This document shows positions 26,297-36,589 of a DNA stretch of 64,000 nucleotides, piece by piece. Under the pieces are notes generated by a model. That model did no database searches. It had not been told where the DNA came from and was given only the letters and a program-made list of their open reading frames with translations. The stretch's first letter is position 1. Each line of letters begins with the position of its first letter. The DNA is from Candidatus Marinacidobacterales bacterium (GTDB lineage Bacteria > Acidobacteriota > Vicinamibacteria > Marinacidobacterales > DATDRI01), in contig OZ245365.1 in the NCBI GenBank assembly GCA_965226495.1, positions 3,264,001-3,328,000 on the forward strand, in the 5' to 3' direction. Position numbers and translations under genes: made by a program.

Positions 26297-27307
26297 CTAC
26301 TTGTGAGAAATGATGACCGCTTCGGTCATTCCGGGAGCGGGATGGATTTCGTGTTTCGAAAAGCCGGCTTCCTCGAACATCTGTTTGTATTGTGCGAAGG
26401 TGTAAGCATCCCCTCTCGGCGTGGAACACAGCATGGTGAGGGAGAACATGGCGGCGTCCGGAGGTGACACGCGGTCATCGTTGGGCACGAACTCCAAGGT
26501 CATTGCCCGTCCACCCGGCTTGAGGGCACCGTACACCCTCCTCGCCAACTCGGTGCACGTCGGTACGTCGAAATGGTGGAAGAAGTTGGTAAGCAAGACG
26601 AGGTCATAATCTGTCCCGTAATCGACCTCGAACGCGCTTCCGGGCTTGAGATGATGCCGATCTGCCACGCCCGCCGCCTGCGCATTCTCCGTTGCGACCT
26701 CTAAAACGGCGGGCCAATCGACCGCAAAGATCTCCGCCTCAGGGTTTTTCTGTGCCACGTGGATTCCGAAGAGGCCATGCCCCGCCGCGATGTCCAGCAC
26801 TTTGATCGGCCCTTGAGCCGGCCCGACGAGCTCGGCGATGAACTGCGCCGAAGGAGCGACCAGAGGAGCCATCCCCCGCGCAAACTCGATCCATAGCGGG
26901 TTCTCGGCGGTCACCGATCCGTCTTCCTCCATAAGCGTGCCGCCCTTCCGAACGGTCCCGGCAACATTCCGAAACGCATCGGCCAGGTCTGGTGCCAAGA
27001 GAAAACGAGTTGCCACACCGATATAAGCGGGCGAGCTCTTGTCGAGAAAAAGGGCGGTGTCGGGAGTCAGGCCATAGCTGTGATCGGCCTTCGTCAAGAA
27101 CCCGGCGACCACGAGATAGTCGCAGAGAATACGCACTCCTCGCTCGGTGGCGTCGAGCCGCTTGGCCAATGCATCAGCGGTGGTCGCTCCCTTAGCGATC
27201 TCGGTGAACAGACCCAGGTCGATCGCCCCCCTCAATGCCTCAGTGCGTTGGTATGCGTTGATGGTGTTAAAGATAAGCTCTGGCGACGGTGCTTTGCTCT
27301 TACTCAT
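26297..27307 (-). CDS. O-methyltransferase (family 2, with dimerisation domain)
   Basis: AIDLGLF, VLDIAAGHG, VDWP.V, NFFHHF and LKPGG. Confidence 0.88.
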   Translation of the reverse strand: MSKSKAPSPELIFNTINAYQRTEALRGAIDLGLFTEIAKGATTADALAKRLDATERGVRILCDYLVVAGFLTKADHSYGLTPDTALFLDKSSPAYIGVATRFLLAPDLADAFRNVAGTVRKGGTLMEEDGSVTAENPLWIEFARGMAPLVAPSAQFIAELVGPAQGPIKVLDIAAGHGLFGIHVAQKNPEAEIFAVDWPAVLEVATENAQAAGVADRHHLKPGSAFEVDYGTDYDLVLLTNFFHHFDVPTCTELARRVYGALKPGGRAMTLEFVPNDDRVSPPDAAMFSLTMLCSTPRGDAYTFAQYKQMFEEAGFSKHEIHPAPGMTEAVIISHK

Positions 27308-27322
27308 AAAAGCCTCACGGGT

Positions 27323-28411
27323 TTATGCTGGTAAGAAGTAGAACGCGATGGCGAGCATCACGTAGACGGCGAGCATTTGCACGCCTTCCATCCAATGGGT
27401 CAGGCCGTCCTGGCTAACGACGACGATGACTCCCACTGCCATAGCGATTGCCACGACCTCCATCGTTGTAAACCTCAGGTCGATGGGCCCCGGACCCACC
27501 GCATAACTAATGAAAACGAGCAGCGGTGCCGCAAAGAGAGCGATTTGTATCGAGGAGCCCACCGCGATGTTGATGGTTAGATCCATCTTGTTCTTGAGAG
27601 CCATGAGCACCGCGGTGGAATGCTCGGCCGCGTTTCCAATCACCGCGACCAAAACGACGCCGATGAAGACTTCTGTCATGCCCAACACATGGGCCGCTGC
27701 TTCCACCGACCCGATGAGAAGCTCGCTCATGACAGCAACCGACGACGCCGCGCCCAACAAGACGAGAAGCGAAGTACGTTTTGACCAGATTGGCCCCTCG
27801 GACTCTTCGTCCCCCGAATGCGCTCCTCCCACATAGAGGTGGGAGTGCGTTTTGAATGTGAAAACGAGAGAAACGAGGTAGGTGGCCATAAGAACTATGG
27901 CGATCATGAGACTCATCTCTTGCTCGCTCCGCAGCGCGCTGTCGCCCGCAACCATGTGAAAGATCGCCGGGATGGTGAGACCGATAGCGCTCAGGAGAAG
28001 CATGGTGGAACCATGCCCCGCTGCGATTGGATTGAAGGTTTGTCTTTGGAACCGGAGACCACCCAAGAAAGCAGAGAGCCCGAAGACGAGCAGGATGTTG
28101 CCGATGATGGAACCGGTTATCGACGCTTTGACCAGATCGTGTAGTCCGGCCCGCAGGGCAAGAATAGCAATGATCAACTCTGCCGCGTTGCCGAACGTTG
28201 CGTTCAGAAAGGCCCCCATTCCCTGCCCGACTCGCTCCGCCAAGTGCTCGGTCGCTTTCCCCATGAGACCGGCCAGAGGAATGATGGCCAAGCCGGAGGT
28301 GATGAATACCGGCAACCCCCCTTGATGAAACACGTACTCGAGCAGGAAAGAAATGGGAACGAAGACAAGCAGGAGAAGGAGAATGTTTTCGACTGTGAAG
28401 AGTTTCTTCAT
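27323..28411 (-). CDS. Ca2+/H+ antiporter (CaCA/CAX family)
   Basis: [26 protein letters not shown] and GSSIQIALF. Confidence 0.93.
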   Translation of the reverse strand: MKKLFTVENILLLLLVFVPISFLLEYVFHQGGLPVFITSGLAIIPLAGLMGKATEHLAERVGQGMGAFLNATFGNAAELIIAILALRAGLHDLVKASITGSIIGNILLVFGLSAFLGGLRFQRQTFNPIAAGHGSTMLLLSAIGLTIPAIFHMVAGDSALRSEQEMSLMIAIVLMATYLVSLVFTFKTHSHLYVGGAHSGDEESEGPIWSKRTSLLVLLGAASSVAVMSELLIGSVEAAAHVLGMTEVFIGVVLVAVIGNAAEHSTAVLMALKNKMDLTINIAVGSSIQIALFAAPLLVFISYAVGPGPIDLRFTTMEVVAIAMAVGVIVVVSQDGLTHWMEGVQMLAVYVMLAIAFYFLPA

Positions 28412-28535
28412 GCGCTGACCCGAAACAGGCGGGGATGTTACCCCGCACTCATATGATCTGGCAACCTAAGAGAGACCAATGTCAAACAAAAACCCGGGAG
28501 TGAGTTGCCTGACCAGGAAAGCGTTCTTGTGATGG

Positions 28536-29058
28536 CTACGCCCCCAGCCTGGCATCCAGCCACGATAGCACCTCGCTCGCCATTCCGACCCGATTCTTCC
28601 GGGTCACCTCCCAGAGCTCAATATCTGCTCTTTCTTTCACCGCCTCAATGAAGCCACTTCCCTTTCGCGCCACCGTAGCAACTAACAGTTGTCGGGAATC
28701 GAGCAGCGCCGAGACGGCCTCGACGAAACGCTGCGAGAAGCATTCCATCTTGCCGATCTCGTCGACGATGAAGAGGGCCGGAGTCGGCCGGGATGAGCGT
28801 GGACTCGACGACCCGTTCGAGCGCCGCGACCTCCATCCCGTAACGGCCCACGCGTTGAGGTGAGGTCGAGTCGACGTGCGCCAGAACCGCCCCGTCACCC
28901 TCAAAGGGTGCAAGACGAAATCCCGCACGCTCCTTGTCCCGGCGGATCTCGTCGGTGAGAAACCCCCGGAGCTTCGTCGTTGGGAGGCTGGCCACGACCT
29001 TCCGGAGAATGGTCGTCTTCCCGATACCGGGCGAGCCGGTCAAGAGCAGAGCGTTCAC
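28536..29058 (-). pseudogene. THEP1-like nucleoside triphosphatase split by a frameshift near 28780-28800
   Basis: Frame 1: LLTGSPGIGKTT...GFLTDEIR...VGRYG. Frame 2: FIVDEIGKMECFS...NR. Could be a sequencing error. Confidence 0.8.
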
Positions 29059-30080
29059 TCTGGAGATTCTGGGGATTCCTTGTTTTCCGATTCACCGGGT
29101 GACGCGGCAGGCGCAACAGGCGCGGACTCTTCGGCTCTGGCCACGCCTTGGTACATAGCCAACTGACCTCCGTAGAATGACAACCGAACGACCAGCTTCG
29201 CGACCAAGTAGGCCTGGCCGATCACGAAAGCAAGTACGACCCCGGTCATAGTGGACTGCCCCGCGCCGGGAGCCGCCAACGAGTACAGGCCGAGTAGAAC
29301 AATCGCCAGGATACCTAGCCCATAGTAGAGCCCGAACGTCTTCGCCGGGTGAGAAAGGACGAACACAAAGCCTCGCAGCGCCGCGAGGACCATGCTGCTC
29401 CGATCCTCCACAAAAGTGGCGATCTTCGCGTAGTCGAATGCCATGTTAACCAGTGTGAGAAGAAACAGTACCGCGGCCGTTCCCAGTAGCACGACCATCA
29501 GGACGGTTCCTTCCACCGTCACATCCCGAGTCCAGTAATCGATTCGCCGAAAGAGCCAGCCCGCGAATCGGTAGACGAGGTAGTAGAGCACGCCGGCGAG
29601 GACGATCAGACGGAGGAAACGGAAGAAAAACCGCCCACCAGACGAGAAAAACCGGCTCAGGCCGAAGAAGCCTTCCGGTTTGGAGAACCGGTCCAGGATG
29701 CCTCCGACAAAGAGCGCCCACACGAGGGCGTACAGAACCCCCAGACCAACGACACCCGGGAACTGCTGGAAGAGACCTCCGAAGAGCCAGCTTTCTACGT
29801 TGTTGTAGAAGGCTCCCGCCCCGACGACGGTTGGAGTGAAGGTACGCGGAAGTCCCACCGCATCTTCCCGAAACTCTCCATACCAACCCATATCGAAACC
29901 GGTTGCCAACTCTTCGTGCACCAGGCTCGAACCGATCGATGAGCGGATCGACTCCGACACAACGACTCCGGCGGGAAGAGCGACCGCGAAGTTGACCAGC
30001 CACAACCAAATGACCAAGCCGGGAGATTCGATGGCACGCCACAAACCGACAAAGATGGCTCTTAGTACGGACATCATCAT
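29055..30080 (-). CDS. Multi-pass membrane protein co-transcribed with the M1 peptidase
   Basis: 341 aa with several hydrophobic segments, 12 bp downstream of the peptidase. Confidence 0.7.
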   Translation of the reverse strand: MMMSVLRAIFVGLWRAIESPGLVIWLWLVNFAVALPAGVVVSESIRSSIGSSLVHEELATGFDMGWYGEFREDAVGLPRTFTPTVVGAGAFYNNVESWLFGGLFQQFPGVVGLGVLYALVWALFVGGILDRFSKPEGFFGLSRFFSSGGRFFFRFLRLIVLAGVLYYLVYRFAGWLFRRIDYWTRDVTVEGTVLMVVLLGTAAVLFLLTLVNMAFDYAKIATFVEDRSSMVLAALRGFVFVLSHPAKTFGLYYGLGILAIVLLGLYSLAAPGAGQSTMTGVVLAFVIGQAYLVAKLVVRLSFYGGQLAMYQGVARAEESAPVAPAASPGESENKESPESPE

Positions 30081-30092
30081 CCCTCCCCTCGG

Positions 30093-32144
30093 TTACACGA
30101 AGAACGCGAACGTGGCCAACGCATCCTGAAACCAAATCATCCACTTCGAAGCCCACTTTCGCGACGGAAACTTGGACGCCGGCTTCAGGAGCTGCGAATT
30201 ATTGGTGTAGTACAGATCCAAAACTAACTTCCGTTCCGGATCGACGACCGCGTACTTGAGTTGCGCCGGCCGTTCCTCGACATAAAGCTCCCAACGCGAG
30301 GCGCCGTCCCACTCCTTGCGAACCTCGGTTCCATCGTCGAAGACCATCAGGACCTCGACCGGGAAGATCGCACTACCGTTCCGGCGAACCACAACCTCGG
30401 TGCGATACAGCTTACCCTCACCATCCGGCTCGGAGTAGATGAGCTTGCCCTCTTTCTCGAGGAATCCTTTGACACTTATTGGATCGCTCGCCACCGATTG
30501 AACGGCGTAGTCAAAGGTCTCCGAGCCCCCATGCACCTGGTCGAAGAACCAAGCGAGGTCGCTCTCCGTGACCTCGTTGGCGACGTCGAAGAAGTCTTGC
30601 GGCCGGGGGTGCCGAAAGCGGAAACGCGCAAAAAAGGTGGACATAATCTCTTGGAGCGTGTCCCAACCCAAATAGCGCTCGAGCGTGAGAAGCCAAAGTG
30701 CCGTCTTGTTGTAGCTCATCGCGCTGGACGATGAGGGAAAGTACTTGAACGTCGGTGTCGATTGGAAGTCCGCCGTCGCCACCGAGCGATAGCCGTCGAG
30801 TCGACTGCCCCCCACCCGGGTACGCTTGATGTCCCTGAAGAGAACGGGGAGAAATCCACCGCGGATCCGCATCCCGGGAGGCCTCAGGTAACGCTGCACC
30901 AGCAGGCTGTCGCCGAAAGTGACCTCCATGGTGCGAGCGGTGGAGAACGTGTTGAACCCTTCGTCCAACCACGCGAACTCGAACTCGTTGTTACCTACTA
31001 ACCCATACCAGAACTGATGACCGGCCTCGTGCACCGTGACTCCCTCCGGCGACCCGCCCCCAAAGGGATTGAAGAGGCGCGTGCCGCAAGTGAAGAGGGT
31101 TGGATACTCCATCCCACCCGCCCCGGAGCCGAACGCGGGATCGACCACGGTGATGTGGTCATAAGGATAGGGCCCGAACCACTTGCCGTAATTGAGAAGC
31201 GCGGCGGCGGTCGCTTCGAAATGCCGCTCGGCCTGCTCGAGGTGCTCGGGCTGGAGGAGTAGTCTCATGTCCACCGATGGCAGCCCCGGCTCCTCGAAAC
31301 GTGACTCCCGCACCTGGTACTTGGGACTGGTGGTCCAAGTGAAATCGTGGACGTCCTCTTGCCGGTATCGGTGTGTCACCGTCTCGTCCGGATTGACTTC
31401 CAGATCCACTTCTTTCCCGGTCGCTCCTAGGACATACGCCTTCGGCACGGTCATACTGACGTCGTAGACTCCGTAGTCCGAGAAGAACTCGGTGGCGGCG
31501 TGGAACTGATGATTGTTCCAACCTTCTTCCTCGAACACACCGAGCTTGGGAAACCAATGTGCGAGAAAGAAGAAGTCTCCTCGGAAACCCGTGCGGCGGA
31601 ACGTGCGCGGAATCTTCGAGCGCCAGGCTACCTCGATCTGAATGGCCTCGTCCGGCCCCACCGGGGTCGGGAGCGGCACCACCAGAACCGTGCGATCCTC
31701 AGGATTCCCATCGTCCGGCGACGCGTAGCGCATCACGCCAGTGAGATCGTTCCCGGAGTAGCCCATCCCGGGCAACAGTTTGATGGAGTTAACCTCCACG
31801 TAGCCCCAATCGCCTTCTTCGATTCGGAGATCATCCGGCAAGCGCCCGCGTAGCCGGCTTTCTAGAAGCCATGTGCTTCGGTTGTTCCTCCAGGCGTTCC
31901 AATAGAGATGGAACCAGAGCTCGTCGGTGGGTTGCTCTTGGACGTTGGTCCAGGTGATCGTCTCTCGTCCCGTTAGCACCTTGCTCTCCGGATCCAACGT
32001 GACTTCGATCCGGTAGTTCGCGTTGCGAGTCGTTGCGTCGTCCGTCTCGACCAGCTCTTCCTGCGCTAAGAGGAGTGAAACTGACGACAATCCGAGCGCT
32101 GCGACCCAGGCCGAGCATCGGAGAAGGGAAATGAGACGCTTCAT
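30093..32144 (-). CDS. Secreted M1-family metallopeptidase
   Basis: GGMEYP and HEAGHQFWYG...WLDEG, signal peptide. Confidence 0.92.
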   Translation of the reverse strand: MKRLISLLRCSAWVAALGLSSVSLLLAQEELVETDDATTRNANYRIEVTLDPESKVLTGRETITWTNVQEQPTDELWFHLYWNAWRNNRSTWLLESRLRGRLPDDLRIEEGDWGYVEVNSIKLLPGMGYSGNDLTGVMRYASPDDGNPEDRTVLVVPLPTPVGPDEAIQIEVAWRSKIPRTFRRTGFRGDFFFLAHWFPKLGVFEEEGWNNHQFHAATEFFSDYGVYDVSMTVPKAYVLGATGKEVDLEVNPDETVTHRYRQEDVHDFTWTTSPKYQVRESRFEEPGLPSVDMRLLLQPEHLEQAERHFEATAAALLNYGKWFGPYPYDHITVVDPAFGSGAGGMEYPTLFTCGTRLFNPFGGGSPEGVTVHEAGHQFWYGLVGNNEFEFAWLDEGFNTFSTARTMEVTFGDSLLVQRYLRPPGMRIRGGFLPVLFRDIKRTRVGGSRLDGYRSVATADFQSTPTFKYFPSSSSAMSYNKTALWLLTLERYLGWDTLQEIMSTFFARFRFRHPRPQDFFDVANEVTESDLAWFFDQVHGGSETFDYAVQSVASDPISVKGFLEKEGKLIYSEPDGEGKLYRTEVVVRRNGSAIFPVEVLMVFDDGTEVRKEWDGASRWELYVEERPAQLKYAVVDPERKLVLDLYYTNNSQLLKPASKFPSRKWASKWMIWFQDALATFAFFV

Positions 32145-32265
32145 GAAGGCCTCCTGCCAAACGACATTTTCAAAAAGACAAATCCGAAAAACGCGTGATT
32201 ATAAGACTCTCCGTTGCTGGTTTCAAACCGCGGTATACTCTTCGCACCTGCCTAGGAGGATCGCC

Positions 32266-33180
32266 ATGAAGATTGCCGTTACCGGCGCCACCGGCCTAAT
32301 CGGCGCCGCTCTCAGCGAGCGGCTTCACAAGCAAGGAAACGAAATCGTGGCGATCACGCGACGAAAGAAACTCTCTTCACCTTATTCCCCTTATACGGTC
32401 GTCCATTGGGATGTGGAGCGAGGGAAGCTCGATGCGTCGGCCCTCGAGGGTGTCGACGCGGTCGTACACTTGGCCGGAGAGACGATCGCGGAACGATGGA
32501 CCGCCCCAAAAAAGGCGCTCATCCGAAGCAGCCGCGTCGAGGGCACCAAGCTTCTGGTCGAAGGCTTGAAGAGTCTCTCCAAACGACCTTCGGTCCTCGT
32601 CAGCTCATCCGCGCTCGGCTTTTACGGAAACCGGGGTGACGAAGAGCTAGACGAGAGTGCCGCCCCCGGGACCGGATACTTGCCGGAGGTCTGTCAAGAG
32701 TGGGAATCAGAGGCGGCCCGTGCGAAGGAGCTCGGAATGAGAGTCGTGAGCATGCGGGGTGGCATCGCCTTGTCCACGAGAGGAGGCGCGTTGGCGAAAA
32801 TGCTATTGCCATTCAAGCTCGGTTTGGGCGGGCCGCTGGGAAGTGGGCGCCAGTGGATGTCTTGGATCCATATTGATGACGTCGTGGGCGGGTACCACTT
32901 CGCCCTCCACCAGCCGGGGTTCGATGGTGTCGCCAACTTGACCGCGCCCCGGCCGGTTCGAAACAAAGAATTCACCAAGGCGCTAGGGCGGGCGTTGTCC
33001 CGGCCGGCCTTCCTCCCGACTCCGGGGTTTGCGCTGAAGCTGGCTTTCGGAGAAATGGCCAAGGATCTGCTACTGGACGGCCAGAAGGTCTTGCCTCGCC
33101 GCTTGGAGCAGGCCGGGTACAAGTTCCAGCACCCCGGTTTGGACGAGGCGTTACAAGACGTCATCTCAGCGCGAAAATAG
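32266..33180 (+). CDS. TIGR01777/YfcH-family NAD-dependent epimerase
   Basis: MKIAVTGATGLIG after AGGAGG RBS, VHLAGE, SRVEGT, GLGGPLGSGRQWMSWIHIDD. Confidence 0.92.
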   Translation: MKIAVTGATGLIGAALSERLHKQGNEIVAITRRKKLSSPYSPYTVVHWDVERGKLDASALEGVDAVVHLAGETIAERWTAPKKALIRSSRVEGTKLLVEGLKSLSKRPSVLVSSSALGFYGNRGDEELDESAAPGTGYLPEVCQEWESEAARAKELGMRVVSMRGGIALSTRGGALAKMLLPFKLGLGGPLGSGRQWMSWIHIDDVVGGYHFALHQPGFDGVANLTAPRPVRNKEFTKALGRALSRPAFLPTPGFALKLAFGEMAKDLLLDGQKVLPRRLEQAGYKFQHPGLDEALQDVISARK

Positions 33181-33241
33181 CCTCCCCGACCGCCGGGGGC
33201 CCCCATCGAGCTCGATGTCGAGCCTGATATAATGGCACAAC

Positions 33242-35551
33242 ATGGAATTTGACGTTGCTCCGGAGGATCTCGCGAGAACTCCTGAACAACCCTCCGAACC
33301 CTCGAATCGCGGCGCGCGCCTGGTGCATTGGCTGGTCCTGCTCTTCCTGTTCGTGTTGTCCGTCGCGGGAGGCTCGCTCACCGGGCTGCTGATTGCGTAT
33401 CAGACAGATCTACCCCAAATCGAGACCCTGGAGGACTACAAGCCGAGCATCATCTCCGAACTCTACTCCGACGAAGGTAACGTCATCGCGGAGTTCGCGG
33501 TGGAACGGCGGGTGGTGATCCCCTTCGAAGAAATCCCGCAATACCTCAAGGACGCTCTGGTGGCGACCGAGGATCAACATTTCTATCGGCATCCAGGGAT
33601 CGACCCCACCGGGATCGCGCGCGCGGCATACGTAAACCTCGTTCAAGGGCGCCGCGGCCAGGGGGGAAGTACGATCACGCAGCAACTCTCACGCCTACTG
33701 TTCCTCACGCCGGACAAGACCTACGAGAGGAAGATCAAAGAGGCCATTCTTGCCTTTCAGATCGAGAAGAACTACACGAAGGAAGAGATACTCACCCTCT
33801 ATTGCAACCAGGTGCCGCTCGGAAAGGGCGTCTACGGCGTTGAGGCAGCAGCACAGTTCTATTTCGGCAGGTCGACGCGAGATTTGTCACTCGAGGAAGC
33901 CGCTCTGATCGCCGGCTTACCCGGCCGCCCGGCGACATTCAACCCGTTTGACAATCCGGAGCGGGCATTCGTGCGCAGGAACCACGTCCTGAACCGCATG
34001 TACGAGGAGGGGTTCGTACTGGAGGAAGTCAAAAACACCCTTCAGGAGAGACCCATTCAGGTCCGCCGACGGCAGCGCAGCGACGGGCTGGCCGCCTACT
34101 TCGTGGAGGAAGTCCGGCAGTATTTGGAGCGAAAGTACGGAAGCCAGCGGATCTACCGCGGAGGACTTCGCGTCTACACGACGTTGAGCGAAAGCATGCA
34201 ACGGTCGGCCGAAAAGGCTATGGACCAAGCCCTCCGAGATCTCGACAAGCGGCAGGGGTTCCGCCCGGTTGAGTTCAACGTACACAGAGACACGGAAGGC
34301 GCCATCGACGATTTCGTGGCCGACGATTGGGGAGAGCCGCTTTCGGTCGGGGAAGTCGTGACCGGGGTGGTTACCGCGGTCGATGACCGAAAGGCGACGG
34401 TGCGCATCGATCGCTACACCGCAACGGTGGATGCCAAAGCCATTGAGTGGACGAAAGAAAAAAGGCCCAGCGCTATTCTCAAATTGGGCGACGTCACCGA
34501 TTTCAAGATCCAGTCCATCGACCCACCTACCGAGACCGTGACCGTGACACTCGAGCAAGAACCGGTGGCCGAAGGAGCCTTCCTGGCCCTCGAGACCAGA
34601 ACCGGCCAAATCAAAGCAATGTTTGGTGGCTTCGACTTCGCGCGCAGCAAGTTCAATCGTGCCGTGCAGGCGCGCCGACAGCCCGGATCGGCGTTCAAGC
34701 CTTTCGCTTATGCCGCAGCGATTGACGCCGGATTCACCGCCACTTCCCTCATCCTCGATGCCCCGGTCCGATATCAAGATCCGATAACGGAGGAGATCTA
34801 CGAGCCATCGAACTACAACGGCAAGTACGAAGGATGGGTCACTCTTCGCCGAGCGCTCGAGGCCTCTCGCAACGTTCCGGCGGTCCGTTTGACCGAACAG
34901 ATCGGACCCGAAAAAGTTGCGGAAATGGCCCGGCGATTGGGACTAGCCGGACCCCTTCCACCTTTTTTGAGTCTACCGTTGGGTTCAGCGGAAGCGAGTC
35001 TCATCGAAATGGTCTCGGCCTACTCGGCATTTCCCAATCAGGGGATCCGAATGCGGCCGTTTCTCGTTACCAAGGTGACGGATCGGGACGGTAACCTCCT
35101 CGAGGAGACCCATCCGAAGGCGGCCAGTGCCATCCGCGCCGACACGGCGTACATTGTGACCAGCCTGATGCAGGGCGTCGTCCGACGAGGCACCGCCGCG
35201 CGGGCAGCTCAATTGGGGCGGCCCATGGCGGGTAAGACCGGAACCACCAACGACTATACGGACGCGTGGTTCATCGGATTCGACCCCGGGCTCGCCGCGG
35301 GCGTTTGGGTCGGCTTCGACGAGAAACGCTCCCTGGGCGAGAAAGAAGTGGGAGCACGGACCGCCCTTCCCGCTTGGATCCAATTCATGCGTGAAGTGCG
35401 GGCGGATCAACCGGTCGAGGACTTCCCCGTTCCCTCGAACATCGTCTTTGTTCCGGTGGATCGGCACACCGGCTATCCGAGCCACAGTTCGGGCAAGGAT
35501 GTTATTTTGGAGGCGTATATTAGTGGAACCGAACCGGCTGGCTACCCTTGA
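33242..35551 (+). CDS. Class A penicillin-binding protein (PBP1A family)
   Basis: TEDQHFY.H, QGGSTITQQL, RKIKE, SAFK, SRN and KTGT. Confidence 0.95.
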   Translation: MEFDVAPEDLARTPEQPSEPSNRGARLVHWLVLLFLFVLSVAGGSLTGLLIAYQTDLPQIETLEDYKPSIISELYSDEGNVIAEFAVERRVVIPFEEIPQYLKDALVATEDQHFYRHPGIDPTGIARAAYVNLVQGRRGQGGSTITQQLSRLLFLTPDKTYERKIKEAILAFQIEKNYTKEEILTLYCNQVPLGKGVYGVEAAAQFYFGRSTRDLSLEEAALIAGLPGRPATFNPFDNPERAFVRRNHVLNRMYEEGFVLEEVKNTLQERPIQVRRRQRSDGLAAYFVEEVRQYLERKYGSQRIYRGGLRVYTTLSESMQRSAEKAMDQALRDLDKRQGFRPVEFNVHRDTEGAIDDFVADDWGEPLSVGEVVTGVVTAVDDRKATVRIDRYTATVDAKAIEWTKEKRPSAILKLGDVTDFKIQSIDPPTETVTVTLEQEPVAEGAFLALETRTGQIKAMFGGFDFARSKFNRAVQARRQPGSAFKPFAYAAAIDAGFTATSLILDAPVRYQDPITEEIYEPSNYNGKYEGWVTLRRALEASRNVPAVRLTEQIGPEKVAEMARRLGLAGPLPPFLSLPLGSAEASLIEMVSAYSAFPNQGIRMRPFLVTKVTDRDGNLLEETHPKAASAIRADTAYIVTSLMQGVVRRGTAARAAQLGRPMAGKTGTTNDYTDAWFIGFDPGLAAGVWVGFDEKRSLGEKEVGARTALPAWIQFMREVRADQPVEDFPVPSNIVFVPVDRHTGYPSHSSGKDVILEAYISGTEPAGYP

Positions 35552-35663
35552 CGCGCTGTTTGCCGCCAAAACAGGACTCGGCACGACCGGAGGTGGCCAG
35601 GCGGCGGAACAGAGCCAGCGGGCTATCCTTAAGTAGACCATCCCTAAACGGAGTGAGAAGCCA

Positions 35664-36281
35664 ATGAAAAAAGTTTTTGCTGCAGGATGTGGCGTCCTCA
35701 TCGTGGTGGCATTGCTGGTCGCCGCGGTCGGGGTGCTCTGGGGCCTCGGGTCTTACAACCGACTGGTCGGCCTCGAGGAGCAGGTCAATGCCTCCTGGTC
35801 CCAGGTCGAGAACGTGTATCAGCGGCGAGCCGACTTGATTCCCAACTTGGTGAACACCGTCCAGGGCGCGGCGGACTTCGAAAGGGAAACCCTGACCGCG
35901 GTCATCGAGGCCCGAGCCAAAGCCACGTCCGTCCAGCTAACTCCGGGAGAGCTGAGCGATCCCCAAGCGCTGGCCCGATTCGAGCAAGCCCAGAGCGGAC
36001 TGGGAAGCGCCCTCGGACGCCTGATGGTGGTCGTGGAGCGTTACCCCGATATCAAGGCCAATCAGAACTTCATCCAGCTCCAAGACGAGTTGGCCGGCAC
36101 GGAGAACCGAATCGCTGTCGAACGCAAACGCTTTAATGAATCCGCCCAGGGCTTCAATACCGCGCGGCGACGCTTCCCCGCTGTCTTGATCGCCGGGTGG
36201 CTGGGATTCGATGAGAAGGCCTATTTCCAGGCGACTCCGGGAGCCGACCAACCTCCGGTCGTCGACTTCGATAACAACTGA
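35664..36281 (+). CDS. lemA: LemA family protein
   Basis: WSQVENVYQRRADLIPNLV, VERYPDIKANQNF and LAGTENRIAVER. Confidence 0.95.
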   Translation: MKKVFAAGCGVLIVVALLVAAVGVLWGLGSYNRLVGLEEQVNASWSQVENVYQRRADLIPNLVNTVQGAADFERETLTAVIEARAKATSVQLTPGELSDPQALARFEQAQSGLGSALGRLMVVVERYPDIKANQNFIQLQDELAGTENRIAVERKRFNESAQGFNTARRRFPAVLIAGWLGFDEKAYFQATPGADQPPVVDFDNN

Positions 36282-36406
36282 CAAACGTCCGGGATCACGT
36301 TCCAAGCGCCACCCACTTGGCCGGCTCAAAATCTAAGCGTTTAACACTCAACTTAAATCAATAACTCGCCTATAAACAATTAGTTAACAAACCATACCGT
36401 CATGCC

Positions 36407-36435
36407 TTGACAATCATCCACTAAGTTTGTATAGT
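36407..36435 (+). promoter_or_regulatory. sigma70-type promoter upstream of lon
   Basis: TTGACA-N17-TATAGT in an AT-rich intergenic region. Confidence 0.65.
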
Positions 36436-36589
36436 TAGTAAGAAGTTCCGGGTCGATTCCAGCAATCACTGGTGCCTTACGGTCTTGACTCGCGGCACGC
36501 CATGATTTGGACGGGCGTCTGACGAGCTAGTTCGTGGCAAGGCCTGCTTTGACGCCAAACCAGTTCGACCGGAAGACCGAGGAGAATAG

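Noticed and set aside
32023-32265. N-terminal extension of the epimerase ORF
   Set aside because: Overlaps the divergent peptidase gene. A clear RBS and family start lie at 32266.
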